DNA of 63,648 nucleotides, the filler included, from Reclinomonas americana ATCC 50394 (taxonomy: Eukaryota), in the NCBI GenBank assembly GCA_048213135.1. It is 18 parts of 18 records of this genome, joined end to end, with 100 filler letters (N's around TTAATTAATTAA, not from the genome) between each part and the next. Parts side by side here need not be neighbours in the genome. Positions count along the whole stretch, not along the records: positions 22,234 to 25,516 come from AFZH01018206.1; positions 25,617 to 27,407 come from AFZH01018207.1; positions 27,508 to 30,436 come from AFZH01018208.1; positions 30,537 to 33,573 come from AFZH01018210.1; positions 33,674 to 36,002 come from AFZH01018211.1; 13 more parts are not named here. One strand, given 5' to 3'. The notes below the pieces were generated by a model. It did no database searches. It was given only the letters and a program-made list of their open reading frames with translations, and had not been told where the DNA came from. Made by a program: the position numbers and the translations under genes. Shown here in pieces: positions 23,348-35,983 of the stretch (positions are counted from its first letter, which is position 1; each line of letters starts with the position of its first letter).

Positions 23348-26300
23348 TCACCTAGGCTGCTGCTGTGGTGCCTTGGCTCGCGAACGATGGGGAGCCGAGG
23401 AGGCCGCGGCAGAGGACGACGACGACAGTGACTCGAGGAGAGCCATCGGGTCGAGCGTGGCCGACCGCGCCGAGACGAGTGGGGCGGCAGTACGCTGCGC
23501 CACTTCACCGGCCAGTCGCTCGCGCGCTGCCGACGGAATGCCGTCCGAGTCGCGCATGGCACGTGCCGCGTCCTCCGACACACCGGCGGTGCGAGCAAAC
23601 AGCTCCTGGCACATGACACGCACATTCTGGTAGAAGTGATCGAGGAACTCGGGCGAGGTGTCGTTGCGCAGGCCGTCGCGACTCAGCACGTGAGCCGACG
23701 CGTGCGCACACAACAGGCACATGTCGCCGACCGAGGTAAGTCGCTCGCGGCGCACATACAGCGTGTTGGTCGACTGTGTGTGTGACGAAGAGGGGGGGGG
23801 GGGGAGAAAAACATCAGCATCACGAAGAAATGCAAATGAGAGAAAAACGGCCTTCTCACGCACCGGCTCAAAGTGCACCGAGTTGCGGAAGGCGTTGCCG
23901 GGCAGGTCCAGGGCCGGCAGCGACGACGCCACACACAGCACCGGTGGTTTCACGTCGCTCACCGCCTCGTCGAAGAACATGCGCATCACAAAGTGCGAGA
24001 AGTTGTAGACCACAATCTCCGACACGGTCAGGTCCGCGGCCGGCACCTCAACCAGCTTGCCTTCGCGAGGCTTTTGCTTGTCGAGTTGCTCGATGCGAGG
24101 TCCCACTGTGGGTGAGAAGAAGAGCGCGGTGAGCACAACACAAATAGGAAGAGGGAGAGATAGATGGATAGATGTACACGCACCCACAGAAACACACAAA
24201 ATCACACAAGCGCGGTCACTCACTCCCTGGCTGCGCTCACTCATTTTATCCGCATTCACTCGCCCTCACTCACTCACTCACTTCATCTCTCGCTCGCTTT
24301 CTCTCACACTTACTTCACTCACTCGCTCACTACGAACACATACACAACCAAAGAACCACACAGACACCGACACCAACACAGCGACACTCATACACAGAGA
24401 CAAACTCACTTCGACACCTCAGACCCCCACACCCACACTGGCACAAACACACGCGCGCGCGCACACACACAAACACACACACACAGACATACAAACACAA
24501 GCACAAACACTAGCACACACACATACACACACGCCGACATCGACACAGACACACATGCACGCACACAGAAACACACACACTCACTCTGACACCGACACAG
24601 ACACCCACACCGACAAAGACCTACACACCCACACACATATGCTCTTATCTCTCTCCGTCTCTCTCTTGCTCTCTCTCTCTCTCTCATACACAAGCACACA
24701 CACCCTCTCCTTTCCCCCTATCTTCCCCTTCTATCCCCTCCCCTCCTGCCCCCTTCCCCTTCTATCCCTTCCCCCCTTCCTCACCCTTCGCAAAGCTGTA
24801 GTTGCGATCCTGCAGCGAGGTCACGAGGCTCTCGATCTGCAGCAGCTTGTGGAACAGCGGGCTGCGTGTGACCAGATCCATCCAGGCACGCTGGGCGGCC
24901 TCGCTCGTCGGTGGCATGCGCATACTGCCGCCGCGGTTGACCGGCGAGCCGGCGGCAGACGCCGCGGCGCTGGCCAAATTCGACGACGACGCCGTGATCT
25001 CTGGCACATCCAGACGCAATCCATCGTCGCCCGACACTGGCTGCGTCGGCGTGGCCGCTGCCGAGCGTGCTTGCTGCATGTTGCGCACCACACCCTTCAG
25101 CAGATCCGTCGCCTTCTTCACCGTCACCGTGCCCAACTCTGCCTGCCGCTGCTGCTCCGCCCTGCACACAATAAATCGATGGTTTAGTCTCCGGTTCCAT
25201 CACTTGCCATGCAGCAGCAGCACACACGCAACTTGGCCGCCTGTTCCGCCGCCTTGCGTTGCTCCTCCTCCTCGCGCTGGCGGAACTCGGCCTGAATCTT
25301 GGCCTTCTTGGCCTCGTTCTCTCGCCGCACACGGTTCATGAACTTTTGCTTCTGCGTCTCCAGCTCGGCCTGGAAGCGGCGCTCCATGGCGTTGGCCTCG
25401 GTGGTCGCCTGCTCCATGATGCGCTGCGTCTCGTCGGCCACCTCGTCCTGACGCGGTGAGACGGCGGCGAGTGCAGCGGCGGCGGCCGAGGCGGCAGCCA
25501 AGGCCGCCGCACGCTCNNNNNNNNNNNNNNNNNNNNNNNNNNNNNNNNNNNNNNNNNNNNTTAATTAATTAANNNNNNNNNNNNNNNNNNNNNNNNNNNN
25601 NNNNNNNNNNNNNNNNGTCCTCCATGGACTTGATCTGCGCACGCTCCGCCTCGGCCTCCATCTCCAGCGCCCGCTGCCGCTCGTCATCTTTCTTCTCCTT
25701 GATGCGCAGAGCACGCTCGCGCTTCTTCTTTTGCAACTCGCGCTCCAGGCGGGCGGCTTGGCGGTCACGCTGCCGCTGCAGGTTCTCGCGAATCGCATTG
25801 TTCTCCTCCTCGTATTGCGAGGCAATGCGATGCTTCTCCTCCTCGGTGGCCGCCTCCGACATTTCCTGGTACTTGCGAGCCTATGCAGGCGACAGAAAAA
25901 AACATTCACGCAGAGTCAGCGCCCGATAATCAGCCCTTCTTCCCTGAACTCTCTCCAATCCACGCACCTCAATCTCCTGCTGCCGGCGAGCCAGGCGCTG
26001 CGCTTCCTCCGCCTCAAGACGGGCACGCTCACGATCACGCTCAGCCTGCAACTCGCGCTCCAAACGCGCCAGCTCCTCCTGCTGTTCGTGCTCGATACGA
26101 TCCGCAATCTCGTTCTTCTTGCGTCGCTGCGAGTCGCCAATGGCCGCCACCACCGTGTCGTTGAGCAAGCTGTCGGCCTCCGAACCCAGTGCACTGGAGG
26201 CTTCGGGCAGGCGCTCCGCGAGGCTGGCGTCCAACATGTGGTCGCTCTCTTGCATCAGCTTGAGCATCTCCTCCTGCTCCTTCTGGTGGCGCCGTCGCTC

Positions 26301-29300
26301 CTTCTCCTCCTGCACCTTCTTCAGACGCTTCTGCAGCAGCTCCTGCTGCTTGCTCTGCTCGCGACGAGCGCGGTCGCGATGCAGCGCCTCCAGCTCCTCG
26401 AACTCGCGCTGAATGCGATCGCGTTCCTCGTCGGTGGTCGCTCGCCGCATCTCGTCCTCCATCTTGTGCTGCAGTGACAGCGCATCGGCCTCGAGTTCCG
26501 TGTTGCGTGCCTTCATCGACTCGCGCATACGGTCCACCACCTCGCGCTCCTTGGCCGCCAACTCGGTCTGCAACTGATCTTCGTGCTGGCGAACCATGTG
26601 CTCCGCATGCTGCTGCATGTCGCGGATGCGGCGCTCCTGCTCCTCCAGCTGGCGGCGCAGCAAGTCGACCTCGCTCTCCACCTCTGGTCGGGCCGCCTCA
26701 AAGGCCGCCAGCGCACCCTTCACCTCCATCATCTTGTCGTGGATCTCGTCGCTGCGCTCGCCGACGGAGCGCTCCTTCAGACGCTGCTCACGCTCGCGCT
26801 TGGCCTGCGCCATGCGCGCCTTGACCTTGGCCATTTGCTGGTCCTTCAGTTCGGCCAGCTGCTGCGCCAGTCGAGCCTTCTCCTCGGCGTACTGCTGCGA
26901 CAGGCGGTCCACCTCGGCCTGATCGTTGCGCTCGCGAGCCTCACTGATGCGCTCGGCAAAGTCGCGGTCCACCGCGCGCTCCTTGTCCACCTGCTCGGAG
27001 TCCAAGCTCATGGCCACCGACTGCGCTGCCGCCTCGATTTCACGCCGCAATTCGCGCTCCATCTCCTGCTTCTCCTCGGCCATGGCCTGTTCGCGTCGTC
27101 GGGCCTTCTCCTCCAGACGTGCGCGCAGACGCTCCTGCTGCCGCTGCATCTCCTCCGTCAGCTTGCGCTGCAACAACTCGGCGTCGTGTCCACACTCGGC
27201 AAACAGGCGGTTGACGGCCTCCATGTCCACCAACCCATCCTGCTCCTCCTCCATGTTCTCCACCTTGGCCGAGTCGAGCATCTTTTCGCGCTTCGAGTCG
27301 CGCTTGCGAGCGAGTCGTTCCTGCAGCAAAGCTGTGTACGCGCAAACACAACACAAAAAGAAAGAGGTGAAGAGTTAGCAGGTGAATGGGGACGATCAAG
27401 TCGACTGNNNNNNNNNNNNNNNNNNNNNNNNNNNNNNNNNNNNNNNNNNNNTTAATTAATTAANNNNNNNNNNNNNNNNNNNNNNNNNNNNNNNNNNNNN
27501 NNNNNNNACACAGACAAGAGTGAGTGGGTGACCACATTCACTTCCACTGCACGTCGGCGACACGCAACTGCATTGTCGAGGCCGGCACGATTCGTCTCGT
27601 ACAGACCCATGATGCGCGACAACTCGTCGAGGTCGCGGTTCGCCTCCGCCTCCTCAGTCTTGTTCTCCTGATCGTGAGCGCGCTTCAACTTCTTGACCGC
27701 CTTGTCGCGCTTGCGAGCCAGCCGCTGTGCCAGCAGCTCTGCGTTGAAGGAACAATCACCAGGTGTCAGCTGAGAATGGGGAGAAGCAAATATAGAGACA
27801 GGGGCACATCAAGTAGTAGCACGCAACCTTGCTGGCGTCGCTGCTCGGCCGCCATGCGGGCAAGCATGCGTTGACGCTCCTCCTCGTAGCGGCGGCGAAT
27901 GCGTTCCAGCTCGTCGTCGTCGGCACCGTTGGCCTTGGCCTCGGCCAGCGCCTGCTGCAATGAGTCGTCCAGACGCTCAAGCTCCGCCTCCACCGACGCC
28001 TGCTGATCGGTCTCCAGAGCCTTCTGCTCCTCGTCCTCCTCCTTGCGCAGCTCGTCTTCCAGCTTGTTGAGATCCTCGTTCTGGCGGTCGTGACGGCGTG
28101 CGCGGCGCTTCGCCAAGCGCTCCTGCATACGCTGCATCTGCTCGGCACGCTGCGCAGCCAGCGCCGCGTCCAGACTGTCCTTGTCAGCCGCATACAAGTC
28201 AAAGATGCGGTTCAGCTCGTCGGTATCGTTGCGCGCCTCCTCCGCCTCCTCCTCGTTCTCCTGGTCGTGTCCGGCCTTGAGATTGTCCTGACGGTCGCGG
28301 CGGCGGCGACGCAGACGCTCCTCCAGCGCAGCGCGCTGCCGGGCGTGCTCGTCGTCCAACTGAGTCGTCAGGCCGCGGCGGGCGTTCTCAAAGTCGTGCT
28401 TCAGGCGATCGAGCTCCTTCTCATCGGCGCCGTTACGCATGGCCTCGTCACGTCGTGCCTCGTACTCGCCCTCCAGCTGACGCAGGCGCTGAGCGGTCTC
28501 ATCGTCGTGGCGCTTGTCGAGTTCATCGCGCTCATCGCGGTCGTCTTCGTCCAGCTCCTCGGCCAAATCGCGCATCTCCTCCTGCTGACGCTCGAGGCGA
28601 CGTTCTTCGCGCTCCGCCAGTCGCTGACGCAGCTCCTCCATTTGCTTCTCACGCTCACGAGCACGCTACGCGAGGCAACAAGTCAGTCAAACAAACCAAC
28701 ACAAGAGAGAGAGAGAGAGAGTGGATATATCATTTGCGAGACTCACCACCATGCGCTCCAGCTCCGCCTCGTTGTCACCAGTGTCGTACGCGCGCTGGTT
28801 GTCGTCACCCATGGAGCGGTACACAATGCCGCCCTTGCCCTCATGCGCAGCGTCACGGCGGGCTTGGTCGCGCAACAACTTCTCAATCTCCCTGGCCAGC
28901 GTGCGCAGGTTCTCGGCCGTGAGGTGAATCTCAGGCTTGACGCCCGACTTCAGATACTGGATGAGCACGTTGCGTCCGTTGTGGCGGGCGTCGCGAGCGT
29001 CGTTGTTGACACGCTCCAGCTCGTTGATCATGCGGTTGCCACGTGGTCCATGATCGTGGCACTCCTCAATCATGTTCTTGGCCATGTCTTCGACGTCGCG
29101 GCTGCGAGCGTTGTCCTGTGTTGTTTCGCCCCCGCCCGACGATGAGTGATAATCGAAAGTGACATTCGCATCATCTGACCACAAACCATATCATCGTTGG
29201 CGACGCGGCGCTGCTCGGCAGTTTCGACGCGGTCGGCCAGCTGATCCAAGACGCCGGTGACGCGATCGAACTCGGCAAGTGCATCGGCACGCTGGTTCAG

Positions 29301-32300
29301 TTCGGTCTCGTCGGTGGCGCGAATTGCATCGGCCAGCTTCAGACCCACATCCTGCGGCAGCGTGCGGTTCACCTGCAGAAAAAGAAAAGGGTGTGAGTTA
29401 TTTGGTCGGTACGCTGACAGGGCAACTGATACGTACCACCAAGCGACGCTGCTGCTCGTGCTCCTGATCGGCGCGCAGTGCGTGCACCTGTCGGTCGAGA
29501 CCGTCGACAGCCGAGCGCAGCGAGTGCTCCTGATCGGCACCTGCACGCAAGGAGAGACGATGAGCAAAAAAAAAAAGGAAGACAATGAATGCCAAAAGTC
29601 CAGGCGTACCATCGGTGGCGACATTGCGAGCTTGCTCCTCAATGTCGAACACCATCTGGCGCGCCTGAGCCATGTCATCGTAGAACTTGTCGTCGGCACG
29701 ATCACGCTCCTCGACCTCCTGCTCCACGAGGTGCAGTACGTGTTGTGGATCCTGCGCCGACATGTGGTGAGGAAACAAGACACAAGAGAGATCACAAGCT
29801 ACCATCAACACGCACCGCATCTTCCGGCAAGTCGGAGGCCTGCAGCTCCTTGATGGCGCCCTGCTGCTTCAGCACCAGGTCGCGGATCTCCTGCGTCTCC
29901 TTGCTCATGTTGTTGTACAGATCGTCGGCAGCCGCCGTGTAGTCCGTGAGTTGCGACATGAGCAGAATCGTCTGATCCTGCAGCTTGTCGTACAGCGTGC
30001 GGACGTTGAAGTCCTCGAGCAGCATGCGGTTGTCGCCGGCACGCACAATGCCCATAGGGCCAGCAACCTGCATTGGTGCTGGCGCCACTGCGCCCGCCAT
30101 GGCCACGGTGGTGACCGCCTCGGGAGAGTCCTCGTCCGAGCCGACCACCTTGCCGGCGGTGGGCGACGAGGCCGAATCGGCGGCCTCCAGACGCGACTGC
30201 CGAATCTTCTCCCGCTGCTCCGCAAACTCGGGCCCGTACAAATCGACAGTATAGTCGTGACCCAGCTTGCGGAAGGCCGCCTCGCCAGAGACACCGTCGC
30301 CCCAGCGGCGGCGGCGATACACGTAGATACCGATAATGACAAACACAATGAGAAGCACCAGGCCCAAGATGAGCACGCCTGAGTGATGGGAGGTGAGAGA
30401 TGTGAAGAGACACACGACGACGCGGGAATGGACCAANNNNNNNNNNNNNNNNNNNNNNNNNNNNNNNNNNNNNNNNNNNNTTAATTAATTAANNNNNNNN
30501 NNNNNNNNNNNNNNNNNNNNNNNNNNNNNNNNNNNNACGAATCCATTGGGACCACATACCGAGACAAGGGTACGGATGATAATCTGTCATGGCTCGCTCC
30601 GGGCAATAGTAGCCAGGCTGGCACGCCAAGCAAGCCGACGAATCGCGACCCAGGGGTGCTGGGTTGTAGGTACCAGTGGGGCATGCCTATGATGTACGAG
30701 AAAGGGAAATGTGTTAGAGAGGACAGCACTCGCCGCCCATCACTCTCCCCACCCAAGCAAGCCTCACACACCTGCTTGTCTGTCTGGAAGGGGCAGTAGT
30801 AACCAGCTGGGCACGGCTTCGGCACTGGATCGCCCTCGAAACACTCGTAACCGGCGGGACAAGGTCCACAATCCGATTGTTGCTTTCCGCCTGGCAACAC
30901 ACTGTGAGTATCCCAAGACGAATTGTATCTCTCACTCATTACGGACCTTGATTCGGATTAAAGGTGCCGTTGTTGCACGGAATCGGCAACACCGCCGCCG
31001 CAGGGCAGTAGTGACCGCGTGGGCACAGACCGCCAGCAGCGTTGGTTTCACCATCGTACGGTGGGTTCGGAAGATCGATGCCAAAGTAGCAAATGTAGCC
31101 CGACGTGCAGTCGCCTGCCACGAGGCCGGCGTTGCAGTACTTGGTGGCGGGACACCTGGCGCAATCGGTGGCCGACTGCAAGCCCACATATGTGCTGTTG
31201 GTGTAGGTGCCGTTGGGGCAGTATGGCGGGAAGGCCGTGCCTACAAAGACAAAGGTGAGAAAAGAAGAAAAAGCCGCCCTCTCCCTTCCTTCATGCATGC
31301 ACACCTGCGGGGCAGTAGTGGTACGGCGGGCACGTTTGCGGATCGGTCTGATTGTTGGAGCAGTAGAAACCGGCAGGGCATGTCTTGCACGACGACTGCT
31401 TGATGGTGTCCTGGAACGTGCCGTCGGCGCATCCCTCCGGCGCGGCAGAACCCGCTCGGCAGTAGTAACCAGTGGGGCACTCGTACGCAATGGGCGACGA
31501 TGTCGATTGACCAGGCGGGCAGTAGAATCCGGCAGCACACGGTGCAGTCACCACCGTGAGACCAGTACCCGTGCAATACGAACCAGCCGTGCAAGGCAAG
31601 CAGGCAGCGGCCGATGCACCACCAGTGCTGCACAAAAAAGCACAAACGTCAGTTCCCCGACAACACAGTGATAGCAAGACACACGTGGCGCTGGACAAGG
31701 CTGACGCAACGTCGGGTTGAAGGTGCCAGTGAGGCAGGCAGTGGGCGACAGAGTGCCGGCCAAGCAGTACGAGCCAGCTGGGCACGGACCGTTGGTGGCA
31801 GGGGCGATTCCATTCGGATTCGGTACCGATGCTCCCTGCACAGAGAACGTCAGAGTGAGCTGCTGGTGTTCGCACACTTGATACTATGAACAGACGCACC
31901 GCAGGGCAGAAGAAACCAGCCGCACAGTTGTTGGTGGGCGCGGTGTTGCCAGTGTTCTGGCAGTACTTGCCGGTGGGGCACGTCAGGCACCACGTAGAGT
32001 TGGTGGCGCCTTGCAACGGCTGATACGTGCCGGCAGGGCACTGCGTCGGTGTGATCGAGTTCGCCGGGCAGTAGCTGCCGGCCGGGCACGTCGTGAAGCG
32101 ATCGAGGCCGTTGGTCGGGCAGTACTTGCCTTCTGGGCATCCGAGACACGCCGAGGCGCCGACATTCGGGTTGTACGTTCCCGGTTGGCAAGAGCGCGTG
32201 GCCATGCTGCCCTGTGTGCAGTAGGTGCCCACTGGACAAATGAAACCAAAGGTTTCGTTCATCGGGCGCGCCGTGTATGAGCCGCCGAGACACACAAAGC

Positions 32301-33483
32301 CAGCCTGCACAAATCACCCCCGAGTGGGAATGAGAACTCAAACTCTTGGCAGGCATGGTGATTCTCAACAACAACGCAACGTCGCACATGCCGGTCGACT
32401 GCATACTCAAATGCAAACTAGCGCAGTAGAGGCCAGCTGGGCACGGCGAGCAGTCGGCAATCGAACGACCACCTGATAATGACACAATGAGTGAGATGAA
32501 AGTGACCAGATAGCAGGACGAGAACAGAATACGCAACGAGTGGTGAGCGAGTAAGTGCCGATCGGGCAGGGCGTCGGTCCGCTGGCGCCAGACGGGCAGT
32601 AGTAGCCAGCCGGGCACTCGTTGCCGGTGATACCGTCCAGCGGCTGCGACGTGGTAGCCTTGCGCAAGCAGTAGAATCCGGAAGCGCACGCTGCTGTCGG
32701 CACCGGAAGTCCACTGGTCTGGCAGTACTGGCCAGGCAAGCAGTCGGCGCAGGCCGATGAAGCGACTGCGTTGGTGGTGTTCTGGTAGGTGCCAATCGGG
32801 CAGGGGTTCTGCACCGCACTGGCAGTGCCACTGGGGCACCAGTAACCCTTCGGGCAGTCTGCCGGCTGGGCGTACGACTGGCCGCTGCAAAAGTTGCTGG
32901 TCTGGCAGTAGAAGCCCGGCAAGCAGGTCTTGCACGCGGAACGACCTGTCTGGTCCTGGTACTGGCCGTTGTTGCAGGCCTGCGGACGACAAAGAGTGAG
33001 TAAAAAAAGAAATTGATCAGGAAGACGGCAGCGCGTCTCAAGCAAAGCAACTGTTGGTGACGAGGAGCCTGCTGGGCAAATGTAGCCAAGAGGGCACAGG
33101 TAGGCGGCCGGATTGGGAACGCTCTGGCCAATAATCGCCGGCTCGGAGGGACCCGATCCAGCCTGCTGTGGGCAGTAGAAACCGTCGGAGCACGAGGCAG
33201 TGATGCCAGTGGCTCCGGGACCGGTGCAGTACTTGCCGAGATCGCATGCCGTGCACGAGCTGTGCGAAAAAGTGTCAGACCAGGAGACAGATGGATCGCC
33301 AACTCGCCAGTGTCGTGCGCACCTGACAGATGTGCCGCCCGTGGACGCACGGTATGAGCCAGGCGGGCAGCGAGTAAACGTCGTCGAACCCAGAGGGCAG
33401 TAGCTGCCGGCGGGGCAGATGAACTGGGTGGCCGTGGTCGAACCGCCAGTGCAGTAGTATCCTACCGGAAACAACAGGGAATG

Positions 33484-33549
<66 letters not shown>

Positions 33550-35937
33550 ACGAACGACGACGTACGACGTACGNNNNNNNNNNNNNNNNNNNNNNNNNNN
33601 NNNNNNNNNNNNNNNNNTTAATTAATTAANNNNNNNNNNNNNNNNNNNNNNNNNNNNNNNNNNNNNNNNNNNNCACGAAGTGCAGGCCGCTGCATGGAAA
33701 CGCGTCAGTGAGAATGGAGCGAAAAGGAGAGCATGTCGAGTCAGAGGCGACAATGAGACGCAACCGCCACTGAAACCAACAACATTGTTGTAGGTGCCGG
33801 ATGCGCAGGCAATCTTGTTCGCAGACCCAGCAGGGCAGCGGTAGCCGACTGGGCACCGATCGCTGTGTCGAAAACGTGGGAGAAGAATGAAGACAGTGAC
33901 AGGGCGAGAGTGAGTGTGTGCGGGTGTCAGCTTGAAGTACATGCATTCTTTCAGCAACACTAACAAACTCACCCAGTGACTCCATCCACAGGCGTTGGTG
34001 TCGTCGCACTGCCGAGACAGAAGTAGCCAGCGGAGCACACCGGCAGCGAACCAGCGGCAAGGCCGACGCCCGTGCCTGCGCAGTACTTGCCACCGGGGCA
34101 ATTCAAGCAAGCGGATGACGAGGTGCTGCCAGTGCTGGGGTTGTACTTGCCAGACGCGCATGCGGTGGGCACGCTTGTCATGCTCGTGCAATAGCTATTG
34201 GTGGCGGAAGAGTATGAGCAACGGCAAACGACACAAAAACAACGTGCATGACAGCACGAAACTATCCAGCAGGGCACGGTCCGCCAGTGGCAGTCACTGT
34301 GACTTGTGTGGACGTCGTAGCACCACTCGTGCAGTAGGAGCCAGCAAGGCAAGCTCCCGTCGGTGACGGGAGGCCAGCCGAGGCGCAGTAGAACCCAGCT
34401 GCGGGCGGTATGTTAACAAAATGTGACAAACACAACATATGTACTTGGGACTCACCTGTGCAAGGCGTGCAGTCGGTCGACGCGGCAAGGCCAGTGGCGG
34501 TGCTGAAAGTGCCGGCGGGACACAACGGTGGCGTGGTACCCGTGCCAGCCGGGCAATACTTGGTGGCCGGGCACGTGGTGTACGTTGTCATGCCGCTGTT
34601 CGGGCAGTAGTTGCCGGCAGGGCAGGGCTTGCACGTGCTCTGCGGGAGAGGAAAGGTGGTGAGAGGGAAGGACAGGGGAGAGGGAGAGGGAGAGAGAGAG
34701 GGAGAGGGAGACAAGGAGAGAGAGAGCGAGAGAGATTGAGATTGAGATTGAGATTGAGATTGAGAGAGAGGGAGAGGGAGAGGGAGAGTAAAGAGACAGA
34801 AAGAGTTCAAGAGACACACAGATTGCCAGACGGCGAGGAGTGCGTGTGTGTGAGGCATGCCATGTGAACAACAAGAGAAGGAGAGCGAGACACTATGTTG
34901 CGTGTACGTGCGCGCGAAAGAGAGGGACGGCAAGTCGGCGGGAGCTAAAGGGAGAGAGAGTCGACGGCGAGAGAAAGATAATTGACAAAAACAAGTCTCA
35001 CCTGTCCAGTGACATCCTGGTACGTTCCCGGCAAGCATGGCACCGGTGCCGAGTTGCCGCCGGCACAAAAGTTGCCAATCGTGCACGGAGCACCTGCGAG
35101 AAGAGTGAGTCCGCAGAATTCATCGCCTCCCCAACAAACATCTCACCCTTGTCAGTGACTAGCGAGTTGGGCATGCGCGTTGTTGTGCCACCCACACAAT
35201 AGTAGCCAGGGGCGCAAGCGCCGGCCACTACCGTCAGTCCAGTCACGTCGCAGTAGCTGCCGGCTGTGCACTGATCGCAGTCGCCCGCCACCTTGTTGCC
35301 GGTCTTGGCCGAGAATGTGCCTGCAAGGAGACGGATGAGACGTGTGAACAATTTCTCTCACTCACTGCCTTGCCTTGCCAGCATGCGGTACTCACCAATC
35401 GGGCACAACTGCGGCGGCCACGAAGTGCCAGCCGGGCAGTAGCGTCCGGCTGGACATGGACCGCCATAGTACTGCACGGTAGCGGGCTGATTGGTGGGCG
35501 AGCCACCGAGGCAATAGTAGCCAGCGTCGCAGTTGCCGTTGGAAACGGACTGCCCGTAGCTGGGACAGTACTGGCCGGGCGGGCACGGATCGCACTCAGT
35601 TACGTTGGCACGCAGCACTTGCGTGCCAAGAGTGCCAGGCGGGCATCCGGGCGGTGCTGCGCCAGTGCCAGCCGGGCAGTACGAACCGAGAGGGCACTGC
35701 GGCGGGAAGGTGGACATGGCCGTCGTGGGGCAGTAGTAGCGAGTGGGACAAGTCAGGCAGGAGGACGAGCGGTATGACGGTTGCCATGAGCCGATCTGGC
35801 AGTCCACAGGGGCCGCCGCGCCGTCGTCTGTGAGAGGGAAGGGTGAGAAGGGAGAAGGGGGAAAGAGGGAAGTGGAAAGGGGGAAAGGGAAAGGGAAAGG
35901 GCGCATAAGGGAAGGGAAAGAGGGCAAGAAGTGTGTG

Positions 35938-35983
<46 letters not shown>

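Noticed and set aside
25731..29145. Long antisense ORFs opposite the coiled-coil exons (also 14726-16746 and 20483-21700)
   Set aside because: These are shadow ORFs caused by GC-rich codon bias and carry no recognisable motifs.
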